Shown here: piece after piece, positions 12,646-24,203 of the stretch
Layout: each line of letters starts with the position of its first letter
Numbering within the stretch: the first letter of the stretch is position 1
Source of the DNA: Azolla caroliniana
Taxonomy: Eukaryota; Plantae; Polypodiophyta
Reading direction: 5' to 3'
Length of the DNA stretch: 64,000 nucleotides
Assembly (NCBI GenBank): GCA_043228905.1
Contig: JBHGNT010000021.1
Span: 6,324,001 to 6,388,000 of the forward strand
Position numbers and translations under genes: made by a program
The notes under the pieces: generated by a model
What the model was told of the DNA's origin: nothing
Databases searched by the model: none
Seen by the model: the letters and a program-made list of their open reading frames with translations, nothing else

Positions 12646-13259
12646 GGAACTCGATACGCCGTATAGAGTTCCTGTATAAAACACAAACTTTATACAGGAA
12701 CTCGATACTGTATCGAGTTCTTGTTTGAAGTTTAGGTTTTATACAGGAACTCGATACGCCGTATCGAATTCCTGTATAATGTTTGTGTTTTAAAGTTTAA
12801 AGTTTTTGTTTTAATGAGGAACTCGATACGGCGTATCGAGTTCCTATATTATGTTTGCGTTTTAAACAGGAACTCGTTACGCTGTATCGAGTTCCTGTAT
12901 TATGGTTGCTTTTTAACAGGAACTCGATACGGCGTATCGAGTTCCTGTATAATGTTTGTGTTTTATACAGGAACTCAATACGCCGTATTGAATTCCTGTA
13001 CACAGTTTGTGTTTTAAAGAGGAACTCGATATGCCGTATTGAGTTCCTATATAAAACACAAACATTATACAGGAACTCGATACGGCGTAACGAGTTCTTG
13101 TATAAAGTTCTCGTTTTATACAGGAACTCGATACACCGTATCGAGTTCCTGTGTAAAGTATGTGTTTGATACATGAACTCGATACCCTGCATCGAGTTCA
13201 TGTATAGACATGAACTATATACAAGAACACGATACGACGTATCGAGTTCCTGTATAAAA
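12646..13259. repeat. Array of 12 palindromic units (~41-bp palindrome, ~51-bp period) in intron 1 of the cargo gene
   Basis: Consensus TTATACAGGAACTCGATAC-GCC-GTATCGAGTTCCTGTATAA, mostly separated by ~10-bp AT-rich linkers. Confidence 0.95.
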
Positions 13260-16200
13260 CACACAATTCAAAGAGGAATATTGTGTCTTGAGGGCAACAA
13301 TTTAGTATTGTGTGAAAAGATATCGAACTTTCTGTCAAAATCAGACTTTTTTTATGGAGATTTGCCATATTTTGTAACAAAAAAGGGCCTTAATTATAGA
13401 GGTTTTATGACCTAGTATAGCTTAAAATAGTAGAAAATAACCCACAAATTACCTTTATGATACCAAAATCAAGTCTATCATATGCAAATTCTCTAGAATA
13501 TGGATATGGAATCAATATAAGCCATACCTACCCTTCAAGATAATATATATCCTTGTATACTTATTAAGATATATATTTTCTAAGTTGAATAGCCCTTACT
13601 AGAATGGATTTTTGAATAAAGGACTACCATGTTCACTCAATGCATGATTGATATTTATAGTTTACCACAAATTGCCTGCTAGTTTTTTGTCTTCGTCTAA
13701 TTATTTGTATTTTAATATACAACCTTAATCTACGTGACCACCTAACTTATGTTTTCGCATGTCCTTTCTTAAATAGGTCGTTTGAGAACTTGTCAGACCG
13801 ACCTATGAAGAAGATAAAGCTTTGCATACAAGGCTCTCCAATTGAAACACAGACCCTAATAGCTCCCGAGAACATGAAGAGAGGAAAAAAGCTTCTCTTC
13901 AACGAGGAGACAAAATCTCAACCACCCAATGACGTCAGCCAAAAAAAACTATTAGCAGCTACTGGTGGTGAAGACCTTCCTGACCGTTATCTAACGGACA
14001 AGGAATGGTGTATGCAATACGTTGACTCAAAGAAAAAAGTCGTGTTGTATACAACAAAGAAGAAGGGCGAGGGGCAGCTTGAAAATGAAACCACATTTAT
14101 GTATGGCCGTATTCTACGATTTGACTACGAAGAATCAGATTCGACCAACATACTTGTAATGATAGAGTGCTCTAAAGTGTTCCTTTCTGAAGATCTTCTA
14201 GTAAAGGAATATTGTGGGCCAAAAGCATTTAAAAAAGATCTAGAAAACTCACAAAACCTTATTGTTACCTTGAGGCCTTATATACAAGGCCATGTAACTC
14301 TAAGGGAGCCATTGCCCTCCCCAATAAAGGCCCCAAAAATGGCATCTAAAGTACAATCAAGGCCAACAAAAAAGAAGACGACTAAAATGTCGAACTCCGA
14401 CTCACCAAGCTCAAACGAAGATGAGGACACTAAGGGGATGCCAAGAGCTGAGCTTGCATCGGGTGTGTTGTCATCCGAGCAGAATAAGATACAAAGAGAG
14501 TTAATGCAGCGTAAACTGGTAAGGAAGGGGCAAGTGTTTAATTTGCCTATAACACATCCATTGGTCCCCTATTGATGAAAAAATAGGACGAAGACCACTT
14601 GAGATTAGAGAGCCACACCGAAAGCATGTTCAAAATCTTAAGAAAAAAATGAAAATTAATCCACGTGCTACCATTGTGCCTTTAATTGTTATGGTGGATC
14701 TTGAAGAATGTGAAACCATTGAAGATTTCGATATAAGAAAGCATGATCAATATAATTACTTGTCATTGGTGGATTGCATTCGGCGGAGGCACGTCGGCAA
14801 CTTGTTAGAGAACATCCAACGACTTTCTTCTTCAAGTATGCCGAGTGCAAAATTTACGTGGGTCTCACAACCGAAGAGGCAAAGCTGTTGGCATGGGACC
14901 ACAATAATGATAATGACTATAGGCAGAAAATGTCATTGATTGAGCATATAAGGTTCTTCCACCACGAGTATTTGGACGTCAAACAAAAGTTTGGTGTGAA
15001 GCTACATCCAGGCCTACGACGTCAATCCTTGCATGAAGTCGGCATTGTGGTAGATGATAATGTTAAGTCCGATGGTCTTCGAAAATATGAGTCTTGGTTT
15101 CAACTGGCCTTTAGAGATGGAGAAGTATGGGACCTACAAGATCAAATCTTCTCAATGTGGGAGAATAGGGAAGTCAAGGGTCAATGACAAAAGAAATGTA
15201 AGGTAGACCCTCAACTAGAATTCAAGTCACAAGCGGCCAAAAAAATTGGTTTGACAGTTGAAGAAGCGGCTGACAACATGAAGTTGTCTCTGTGGAGAGC
15301 GATGCAAGGTATTAAGGATGAGCAGCTTCTTGTGTCTGTTTTGTCAAGGGTTGTGGCCAAAGATTTAAGCCTTGAAGAAATGGTCACTGAGTTCAATAAG
15401 TAAGTCTTTCAAATAGTGATATTGAAGTCAATATGGTGCAATTGAAAGTTCTAATCACGTTTTCTAATTTCATAGTCATAAGGTGTACATGAAGATCCAA
15501 GAAGTTATGATGAAACAACTTGGATGTATAACTTGGGAAAAAGTGACCGAGGATTATCCTCTAACGTCTTCATATAAGGCGTTATCGGAGTATTTTATTG
15601 CATTCAAGGTTTGGGTTAGTATTGGTGGTTTTTCATTAAGCTTTCATTATATGTAGAGCTTGTATAATAAAACTTGATGTCTTATTGCTTCTATTAGAAA
15701 CCGTGTCGTGGCAAGAAACAAGGAGAAGTTAAGGATATACATGATTTCCCGACATCCTTCCTTGCACATCTCCAGAGAGCCAGAAAAGAAAAGGATCGTC
15801 GCTTAGTCAAGGCGTACGAAATGGAGGAAGATGGCTCCTTCAAAAAATGTAGCCACAAAAAAGATATTACGAGAGATCTTTACTACAATGTGGTTTGCGG
15901 TGATGTCGTTGACATGATCCAAAAAGTGCCAAAGAAGGAATATACGCTAGTGATTGCTGATATTCCTTATGGATTTTGAATGGCAGGGTCATCATATGAC
16001 GATGAATCGTTTAGGTTTAAACAGTTGGAGAAGATGGTCAAGGATTTTGTTGAGCTAACGACTGCATCCTTGACATGGAGAATAGTTGTCTTTCATAGTA
16101 TGGACCAAGGGTACTTGGTAGCTCAAGCTTTGAGATCTCGTTGCCATGGCATCGAGAACCTTGCATGGTAAGGATTATTTATATGTCTCATTCACTATAT

Positions 16201-16706
16201 TGTCTTTCTTAAGATTGTTCAATCTATTCTTAACTCGATGTAATATTTGTTATAGGATAAAAACCAATGTAAATAGAGGGCCAACCTTTCGGTTCGTTAA
16301 TGCCATTGAATACATCACGGTTGGCTACTTCGATGAAATTAAGAAACAAAGAATCAAGGAGCATTCTAATGAAGTGGGAGGTTCAAATCTGCTGGTATAT
16401 CCAGCAGTGACACGGAAATTGCGACATGTCACCACGACAAAACGAGGACTTGTCAACCCTTACCAAAAACCTCAACGACTTATGATGCGCTTGATCGAGA
16501 TGTTTTCTGTTGAAGGAGACTGGATATTAGACCTCTTTTCTGGCACAGGTATTCCTCGAACTAGGGTAACGATCTTGAGATAGCTAATACTGAATCTTTT
16601 TTGTTTGAGAACTAATTCTTCTTGTTACTTTCTGTTGGGAAACAGGTCCCTCCGGATGGGAAGGTAGAAGAACAGTGCCGACGAACAAACTCGGCCGAGG
16701 CCGAAA

Positions 16707-16860
16707 CGGTATGAACCGGATGGGGAGAACCCGACTTCGGAGAGTCGGATGGTGTAGGCCCGGTATGAACCGGATGAGGAGTACCCGACTGCGGAGAGTC
16801 GGATGGTGTAGGCCCGGTATGAACCGGATGAGGAGTACCCGACTGCGGAGAGCCGGATGG
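16707..16860 (+). repeat. Three 54-bp tandem repeats in U3 of the outer Copia LTR (also ~26859-27012)
   Basis: CGGTATGAACCGGATG...CCGACT(T/G)CGGAGAGTCGGATGG repeated, each unit with a small internal hairpin. Confidence 0.9.
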
Positions 16861-17012
16861 AGCCCATCGAGGCTACATTTGTAAATAGCCGAAAAGTCAT
16901 ATTAGTATAAATATGACTTAGGGCAAACTTTTAGTTTTTTTTTTTGGAGAAGTTGTCGTTGTTGTTTTTCTTTGTTGTTGGTGCAAGAAGAAATCAGAGC
17001 GCGTAACTGTAC

Positions 17013-17064
<52 letters not shown>

Positions 17065-18865
17065 GAGGTCGTTGCCTCTGTTGTAACCGCCGCCTGTGGC
17101 GAAGATCTGAGAGCACGAGGTCGTTGCCTCAGTGATCTCACTGTTGTATATTTCTGCATAGTGACAGTGTGCAGCTTGTGGGCTGCCGTGGTTTTTCCCC
17201 CTATTTTGGGGTTTTCCACGTATACCTCCTGTGCACCATTTCTCCTCTTTTGTGTCGCGTTTCATTACCTGTTTTTCTGTGTATGTAAAGAATCTCGGTT
17301 GTGGCCGAGCGTCGGACATAAGGAACGTCAAGTTCTCAACAAGTGGTATCAGAGCAAAATCGACACAGAAAATGGACGAATCGCTTGGTGGCATGTTCAA
17401 GCTCACCGGCTCCAACTATTCAGTGTGGAAGTCGAAGATAAGGGACATGCTCGTGGTTAAAGACCTCTGGCTGCCGGTTCAGTTCGGGGACAAGAGACCG
17501 GACAAAATCGACGCCGCGATATGGGAGGTGATGCACATGAAGACAACGGCGTACATACGGTGCTTCATCGACATGAGCCTGTACAACAACTTCAATGAAG
17601 AGAGCAAGGCTCATGAGCTCTGGGAGAAGATCGGCATAATGTTCCAGAACAAAAATGCTGTCAATCAGGCGTCGGTATTCCGGAAGCTTGTAAGACTCCG
17701 GTACCAAGATGGCTCCAGCATGGCGGAGCATATGAATGCCTTCCAGGGGCTGATTCACCAGGCAACGTCATTGGAAGTACCTCTTGCCGATGAGGTCCTA
17801 GCGCTACTCCTGCTCGGTTCCCTCCCGGATAGCTGGGAGACGTTGGTTGTTACTTTGGGCAACGCCGGGCCGGAAGGAAAACGGTTATCCCTAGCAAGAG
17901 TAAAGTCGAGCTTGCTAGATGAGGAGGCTCGTCGGAAAGACAAAGATACGAGCTCCGACTCCAAAGCGCTCCTTACCGAATCGGAACGCGGAAGACATAG
18001 AAACCGTAGTCCCTAGAACCGGGAGAAGTCGGGGACACGATCAAAGTCAAGGGGGAGGCCGACTTGCTTCTATTGCGGCAAGCCGGGACACTTCCAAAAG
18101 AACTGTCGGCACTTCCGTAAAGACAAGGAAACCGACGGTACCGATTCGAAGCAAACCCCGAACCGGAACGGTACAGACCGGAACGGTAAAGACCGGAGGG
18201 GTCCGGACCGGAAGGGAACGACGGCAATTGCGGCAAGTGAAGAGGAGTTGATGCTCATCACCGAGGAGAGTGAGATAAACCATGCCGGCGATGAGATGAC
18301 CTGGGTGGTAGACTCCGGAGCGTCGTTCCACCTTACCCCGGACCGGAAATGCTTCTCATCCTACTCAGCCGGTGATCACGGCTGTGTCCGGATGGGGAAT
18401 GAAGGAACATGCTGAATTGTCGGCATAGGAGACGTGTGGCTGACAACACCAACCGGATGCAAGTTGCTGTTGAAAGATGTCCGACACATTCCGGAAGTAC
18501 GTCTGAACCTGATATCAGCCAGTCGGCTAGATGATGAAGGCTACACGGGTAGCATCCGGAACGGTGTCATGAAGTTCAGCAAAGGGAGCCTGATTGTGGC
18601 TCGGGCCCGGAAGGTAAACACACTGTACCTGATGAATGCCCGGTTATGTTCGGAAGAAGTGAACGTGGCTTCCGACACTGCCGGTGAGCTGTGGCACAAG
18701 AGGCTATGTCACATGAGTGAGAAGGGGATGAAGAGGCTTGGAGACGACAACCTCATTCCAGTGAAGAACGTGCACTTAGAGAAGTGCACTGATTGTCTGG
18801 CCGGTAAGCAGAACCGGACCTCCTTCCGACCAAGGCCACCGATGAGACGTAATGCACCACTGGAG

Positions 18866-21800
18866 TGTTGGGATTACGGTCCCTTCGAATGGGATGGTCG
18901 GATGTCGGAGATGAATGCCGACGAGCCCGGTTTCGGTTTCGGAACCGGATGATGAAGACCCCGGCTTCGGAGCCGGATGACGAATGTACCCGGAGAGCGA
19001 TCCGGATGCAGGGACATATCCGTGAATATGTTTGCTATGGGCCCCTGAGGCTATAGTTGTAAATAGCCCCAAAGTCATATATGTATAAATATGACTTAGG
19101 GCAAACTGTTTTAGTGTTGCTGATCATTTTTCTGTTTTTCCACTCAAGAGGAGTGAAGAGGGAGCAGCCGTGAGAGAGAGAGAGAGAGATAGAGCGTGAG
19201 AGAGGAAGAGGACGACGCCTCTGTGTATTTCCGCCGCTTGTGGCGAGGACAGCGAGCTCAAGGTCGTCGCCTTGCAGCTCGCCATTGTATACTCCTCTTT
19301 GTATAGTGTTGGTTTGGAGTCTTGTACTCCCGTGGTTTTTCCCATCTAGGGTTTTCCACGTTAATCCCTGTGTATTCGTGTGTTTCTCTCTGTGGTTCCT
19401 ATTTTCTGTTACATTGATTCGCGATTACTTGGTTGTGGCCGAGTGGTGAAGGTGAATCGAAGCGTCGATTCCCAACAAACTGGTATCAGAGCGAGCTGCT
19501 GCAGAAAATGGAAGGCGGCGGCAGCGGGCAGCCGGGGATGATGGTGCTGAATGCGCAGAATTACGCCGACTGGAAGATCAAGATGGAGGATCTTCTGATT
19601 GTTCGGGACCTGTACGAACCGATTGATAGGTCGGAAATACCGAAGGGGGTACTTGAGTCGGAATGGAGGCTTCTGAACCGGAAAGCCGTTGCAACCATTC
19701 GGCAATACGTTGACGTGAGCGTTCTACAACATGTGGCGAACGACACCAACGCATATGAGATGTGGCGGAAGCTGTCGGGCCTCTATGAGAGGAAGAATGC
19801 GTTGAACCGGACCTCCTTGATGAGGAAGATAGTGAATCTCAAGTACCGGGACGGCGACAGTATGGTGGAACACGTAAGCACGTTCATGGGATTCGTGAAT
19901 CAGCTTGCGGCGATCAAGTTCCCGTTGGAGGATGCAATGCAAGCCATCATCCTGATGTGTACATTGCCAGAAAGCTGGGAGAACTTGGTGGTGACTCTCA
20001 GCACCTCCTGCACCGAAGATAACTTGTCCTTACAAACGGTAAAGACAAGTATTTTGAACGAAGAAGCGCGTCGGAGAGATAAAGAACCGGCCTCCGACTC
20101 GAAGGCGCTGCTTACCGAATCAGATCGGGGAAGACAATGGAACCCGAGTCCGCAAAGACGGGAGAAGTCGGGGACCCGGTCGCAGTCAAGAGGAAGGCCC
20201 ACATGCTTCCACTGTGGGAAGCCGGGGCACTTCCGAAAGAATTGTCGGCATTACCGAAAAGACAACGGAGCCGACGACACCGATTCGAAGAAGTCACCGG
20301 AGAGAAACGGTGCATACCGGGGAGCCACGGACCGGAGAGGTTCGGATCGGCGAGGGCAGGACCGGAAAGGAACAACGGCACTCGCTGCAAGTGAGGAAGA
20401 AATCATGCTCATCACCGAAGAAGGTGAACTAAACATTGCCGGCGATGAGACGACCTGGGTGGTCGATTCCGGAGCATCGTTCCACCTGACCCCGGAGAGA
20501 AGATACTTCTCATCCTACACAGCCGGTGAGCATGGCTGTGTTCGGATGGGAAATGAAGGTACGTGCCGGATTGCCGGCATAGGAGACGTGTGGTTGACAA
20601 CCCCGACCGAATGCAAAATGCTGCTGAAGGATGTCCGACACGTTCCGGAGGTTCGATTGAACCTGATTTCGGCCGGGAGGCTAGACGATGAAGGCTACAC
20701 AGGTAGCATCCGGAACGGCGTAATGAAGTTCAGCAAGGGGAGCCTGATAGTGGCTCGGGCCCGGAAAGACAACACACTGTACCTGATGAATGCCCGGTTA
20801 TGTCCTGAAGAGCTGAATGTGGCAGCCGACACTGCCGGTGAGCTGTGGCACAAAAGACTGTGTCACATGAGTGAGAAGGGGATGAAGAGGCTTGCAGAAG
20901 ACAACCTTATTCCAGTGAAGCATGTGCACCTGGAGAAGTGCACCGATTGCCTGGCCGGTAAGCAGAACCGAACCTCCTTCCACTCAAGGCCACCGACGAG
21001 ACGTAGCGCACCATTGGAGTTGGTGCACACTGATGTGTGTCAGGTAGAAACGAAGTCACATGGCGGAGCCCAGTACTTCGTAACATTCATTGATGATCAC
21101 AGCCGGAAGCTGTGGACGGCACCGCTGAAGACAAAGGACCAAGTGTTGTGCGTCTTCAAAGAACTCCACGCGAGAGTGGAAAGGGAATCCGGCAAGAAGC
21201 TGAAAGCGATACGAGCGGATAACGGAGGGGAATACCGGGGGCAGTTCCAGGAGTACTGTCGCTCGAAGGGAATCCGGCTCGAGTTTACTGTGCCGAAGAC
21301 GCCGGAACTAAACGGGCTGGCCGAGAGGATGAACCGGACCATAATGGAGCGGGTCCGGAGTATGTTGGCGCATGCGAAATTACCCAAGGGGTTTTGGGCT
21401 GAGGCAATGTCGACGGCGACATACGTGATAAACAGATCACCCTCAGTACCTTTGGACGGAGACACGCCGCAGAAAGTGTGGACCGGTAAGGAAGTGTCCT
21501 ACCGGCATCTGAAGGTGTTCGGGTGTCTCGCATACGTGCATGTGGCAAAGGACCGGAGAGGAAAGCTAGATCCGAAGACCCGGCCATGCATATTCCTCGG
21601 TTACGGCGACGACGAGTTCGGCTACCGAGTATGGGACCCGGTCGACAAGAAGATATTCAGGAGTCGAGACATCATCTTCATGGAGGACAAGACACTCGCC
21701 GACTGGGAATCGGAGAAGAAGATGAAGAGCTCCAAGTCGACCGGTGAGGATCAACTCTACGAGGAGCAGTCCCGACCGGCAAGGGACCGGTTAGCACTCG

Positions 21801-24203
21801 AGGATCCGGCCGAAGACGGTGAAGAAACAGAACCGGCCGAAGAAGATGAAAATGATACCGGAACCGGCCCCGATCCCGAAATGGATTCGCATGAAGAAGA
21901 ATCGGAAGAACCGGTTACCGAAGCTCCGGAACGAAGATATCCTCTAAGAGAGAGAAGGGCCCCCCGGAGATTTCCGGAACCAGAGCACGTGCTGCTAACC
22001 GACGAGGGGGAGCCGGAGAGCTTTGAAGAAGCAAAACATGACACCCAGAGCCGCAGGTGGTTGAGTGCCATGCAGGACGAGATGGATTCCCTGCATGAGA
22101 ACCACACATATGAACTTGTGGAGTTGCCGAAAGGAAAGCGGGCACTTCGAAACAAGTGGGTGTTCAAGCTGAAACCGGGAGATGCCGGAAACCCCCCGAG
22201 ATACAAAGCCAGGATCGTGGTGAAGGGGTTTCAGCAGAAGAAGGGCGTCGACTTCGACGAGATATTTGCCCCGGTAGTGAAGATGACCTCCATCCGGACG
22301 GTGCTGAGCATAGCGGCAAGCATGGACCTCGAGGTAGAACAGATGGACGTGAAGACGGCATTCCTTCACGGTGACCTCGATGAAGAGATCTACATGCAGC
22401 AACCGGAAGGATTCGAGAAGAAAGGGAAGGAGCACCTGGTATGCCGGTTGAAGAAGAGCCTTTACGGACTGAAGCAGGCTCCCCGGCAATGGTACCGGAA
22501 GTTTGACTCCTTCATGACCGACGAAGGGTACCTCAAAACGCAGTCCGACCACTGCGTGTTTGTGAAGAAGTTCGAAGGAGGAGACTTTCTAATACTCCTC
22601 CTGTACGTGGACGACATGCTGATCGTCGGATGGGACCAGGTCAAGATACGGATGCTGAAGAAGGCTCTTCACCGAACCTTCTCAATGAAGGACCTGGGTC
22701 CGGCGAGGCAAATACTAGGGATGCACATCATCCGGGACTGGAAGAAGAAGCAGTTGTGGCTATCACAGGAGAAGTACGTGACGAAGGTGCTTCACCGGTT
22801 CAACATGTCGGAAGCAAGACCGGTCGGATCGACCCTCCCGGCAAACTGCAAGCTGTCCAGCAAGCAAAGTCCCAAGACAAAGGCTGAAAAGGAGGATATG
22901 ATGAAAGTGCCGTATGCCTCAGCCGTCGGGAGCTTGATGTACGCCATGGTGTGTACGAGACCGGACATAGGATATGCAGTCGGAGTGGTGAGCCGGTACA
23001 TGAGCAATCCCGGCAAAGAGCATTGGAACGCGGCCAAGTGGATACTCCGATACCTGAAAGGCACGGCAAACGTGTGCCTCCGATTCGGCTCCGGTAAGCC
23101 CGAACTCGACGGCTTCACCGATTCGGATATGTCGGCTGATGCAGATACCAGCCGGTCCACATCAGGGTATGTGATGACGTATGCAGGGGGAGCCGTTTCG
23201 TGGCAGTCGAGGCTGCAGAAGACGGTTGCGTTGTCAACCACGGAGGCGGAGTATATGGCAGCTGTTGAAGCCGGCAAGGAAATAATATGGATGAAGGACT
23301 TCATTAGAGAGCTCGGTATCCGGCAGGAGGAGTACCGACTCTACTGCGACAGTCAGAGTGCAATCCACCTTGCGAAGAACGCGGCCTACCACTCCCGGAC
23401 GAAGCACATCCAGCGAAGATATCACTGGATCCGGGAAAGGATAGAAGACAAGGAGTTCGTGCTGACAAAGATCCACACGGACGAGAACGGGTCGGATATG
23501 CTGACCAAGGTGCTCACACCCGACAAGCTGGAAGCATGCCGGAAGAGGATCGGATTGGAAAGACATCCCATGCCGAAGTGAAGGGGGAGTTTGTTGGGAT
23601 TACGGTCCCTTCGAATGGGATGGTCGGATGTCGGAGATGAATGCCGACGAGCCCGGTTTCGGTTTCGGAACCGGATGATGAAGACCCCGGCTTCGGAGCC
23701 GGATGACGAATGTACCCGGAGAGCGATCCGGATGCAGGGACATATCCGTGAATATGTTTGCTATGGGCCCCTGAGGCTATAGTTGTAAATAGCCCCAAAG
23801 TCATATATGTATAAATATGACTTAGGGCAAACTGTTTTAGTGTTGCTGATCATTTTTCTGTTTTTCCACTCAAGAGGAGTGAAGAGGGAGCAACCGTGAG
23901 AGAGAGAGAGAGAGATAGAGCGTGAGAGAGGAAGAGGACGACGCCTCTGTGTATTTCCGCCGCCTGTGGCGAGGACAGCGAGCTCAAGGTCGTCGCCTTG
24001 CAGCTCGCCATTGTATACTCCTCTTTGTATAGTGTTGGTTTGGAGTCTTGTACTCCCGTGGTTTTTCCCATCTAGGGTTTTCCACGTTAATCCCTGTGTA
24101 TTCGTGTGTTTCTCTCTGTGGTTCCTATTTTCTGTTACATTGATTCGCGATTACTTGGTTGTGGCCGAGTGGTGAAGGTGAATCGAAGCGTCGATTCCCA
24201 ACA
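18866..24203 (+). mobile_element. Young intact Ty1/copia element nested in the related outer Copia
   Basis: 612-bp LTRs at 18866-19477 and 23592-24203 with 2 visible differences; TSD TGGAG; PBS 19481-19492; PPT before 23592. Confidence 0.98.
19508..23581 (+). CDS. Copia Gag-Pol polyprotein (1357 aa), uninterrupted
   Basis: CFHCGKPGHFRKNC, VVDSGAS, HHCC, DDE integrase (VHTD..RADNGGEY..AERMNRT), RT YVDDML, RNase H. Confidence 0.97.
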   Translation: MEGGGSGQPGMMVLNAQNYADWKIKMEDLLIVRDLYEPIDRSEIPKGVLESEWRLLNRKAVATIRQYVDVSVLQHVANDTNAYEMWRKLSGLYERKNALNRTSLMRKIVNLKYRDGDSMVEHVSTFMGFVNQLAAIKFPLEDAMQAIILMCTLPESWENLVVTLSTSCTEDNLSLQTVKTSILNEEARRRDKEPASDSKALLTESDRGRQWNPSPQRREKSGTRSQSRGRPTCFHCGKPGHFRKNCRHYRKDNGADDTDSKKSPERNGAYRGATDRRGSDRRGQDRKGTTALAASEEEIMLITEEGELNIAGDETTWVVDSGASFHLTPERRYFSSYTAGEHGCVRMGNEGTCRIAGIGDVWLTTPTECKMLLKDVRHVPEVRLNLISAGRLDDEGYTGSIRNGVMKFSKGSLIVARARKDNTLYLMNARLCPEELNVAADTAGELWHKRLCHMSEKGMKRLAEDNLIPVKHVHLEKCTDCLAGKQNRTSFHSRPPTRRSAPLELVHTDVCQVETKSHGGAQYFVTFIDDHSRKLWTAPLKTKDQVLCVFKELHARVERESGKKLKAIRADNGGEYRGQFQEYCRSKGIRLEFTVPKTPELNGLAERMNRTIMERVRSMLAHAKLPKGFWAEAMSTATYVINRSPSVPLDGDTPQKVWTGKEVSYRHLKVFGCLAYVHVAKDRRGKLDPKTRPCIFLGYGDDEFGYRVWDPVDKKIFRSRDIIFMEDKTLADWESEKKMKSSKSTGEDQLYEEQSRPARDRLALEDPAEDGEETEPAEEDENDTGTGPDPEMDSHEEESEEPVTEAPERRYPLRERRAPRRFPEPEHVLLTDEGEPESFEEAKHDTQSRRWLSAMQDEMDSLHENHTYELVELPKGKRALRNKWVFKLKPGDAGNPPRYKARIVVKGFQQKKGVDFDEIFAPVVKMTSIRTVLSIAASMDLEVEQMDVKTAFLHGDLDEEIYMQQPEGFEKKGKEHLVCRLKKSLYGLKQAPRQWYRKFDSFMTDEGYLKTQSDHCVFVKKFEGGDFLILLLYVDDMLIVGWDQVKIRMLKKALHRTFSMKDLGPARQILGMHIIRDWKKKQLWLSQEKYVTKVLHRFNMSEARPVGSTLPANCKLSSKQSPKTKAEKEDMMKVPYASAVGSLMYAMVCTRPDIGYAVGVVSRYMSNPGKEHWNAAKWILRYLKGTANVCLRFGSGKPELDGFTDSDMSADADTSRSTSGYVMTYAGGAVSWQSRLQKTVALSTTEAEYMAAVEAGKEIIWMKDFIRELGIRQEEYRLYCDSQSAIHLAKNAAYHSRTKHIQRRYHWIRERIEDKEFVLTKIHTDENGSDMLTKVLTPDKLEACRKRIGLERHPMPK

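Noticed and set aside
12646-13259. CRISPR array
   Set aside because: Linkers are mostly ~10 bp and similar to each other rather than unique spacers; no cas genes; eukaryotic intron context.
12797-13264. Repetitive ORFs on both strands (RNSIRRIEFLY)n
   Set aside because: Translation artefacts of the palindromic array inside a phase-consistent intron.
13777-16548. Bacterial contamination as the source of the ParB-MTase
   Set aside because: The gene has spliceosomal introns, lies within TIRs/TSD inside a plant Copia, and hosts plant Copia insertions.
15880-16548. Host C5 DNA methyltransferase or METTL3/MT-A70 gene
   Set aside because: No PC or ENV motifs and no DPPW; the DIPY...QKP...DLFSGTG arrangement fits prokaryotic beta-class amino-MTases.
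17344-17355. tRNA gene
   Set aside because: Only a 12-nt primer-binding site complementary to initiator tRNA-Met.
19433-19507. N-terminal 25 aa of the 1382-aa ORF
   Set aside because: It starts at GTG inside the LTR and crosses the PBS; the likely start is ATG 19508.
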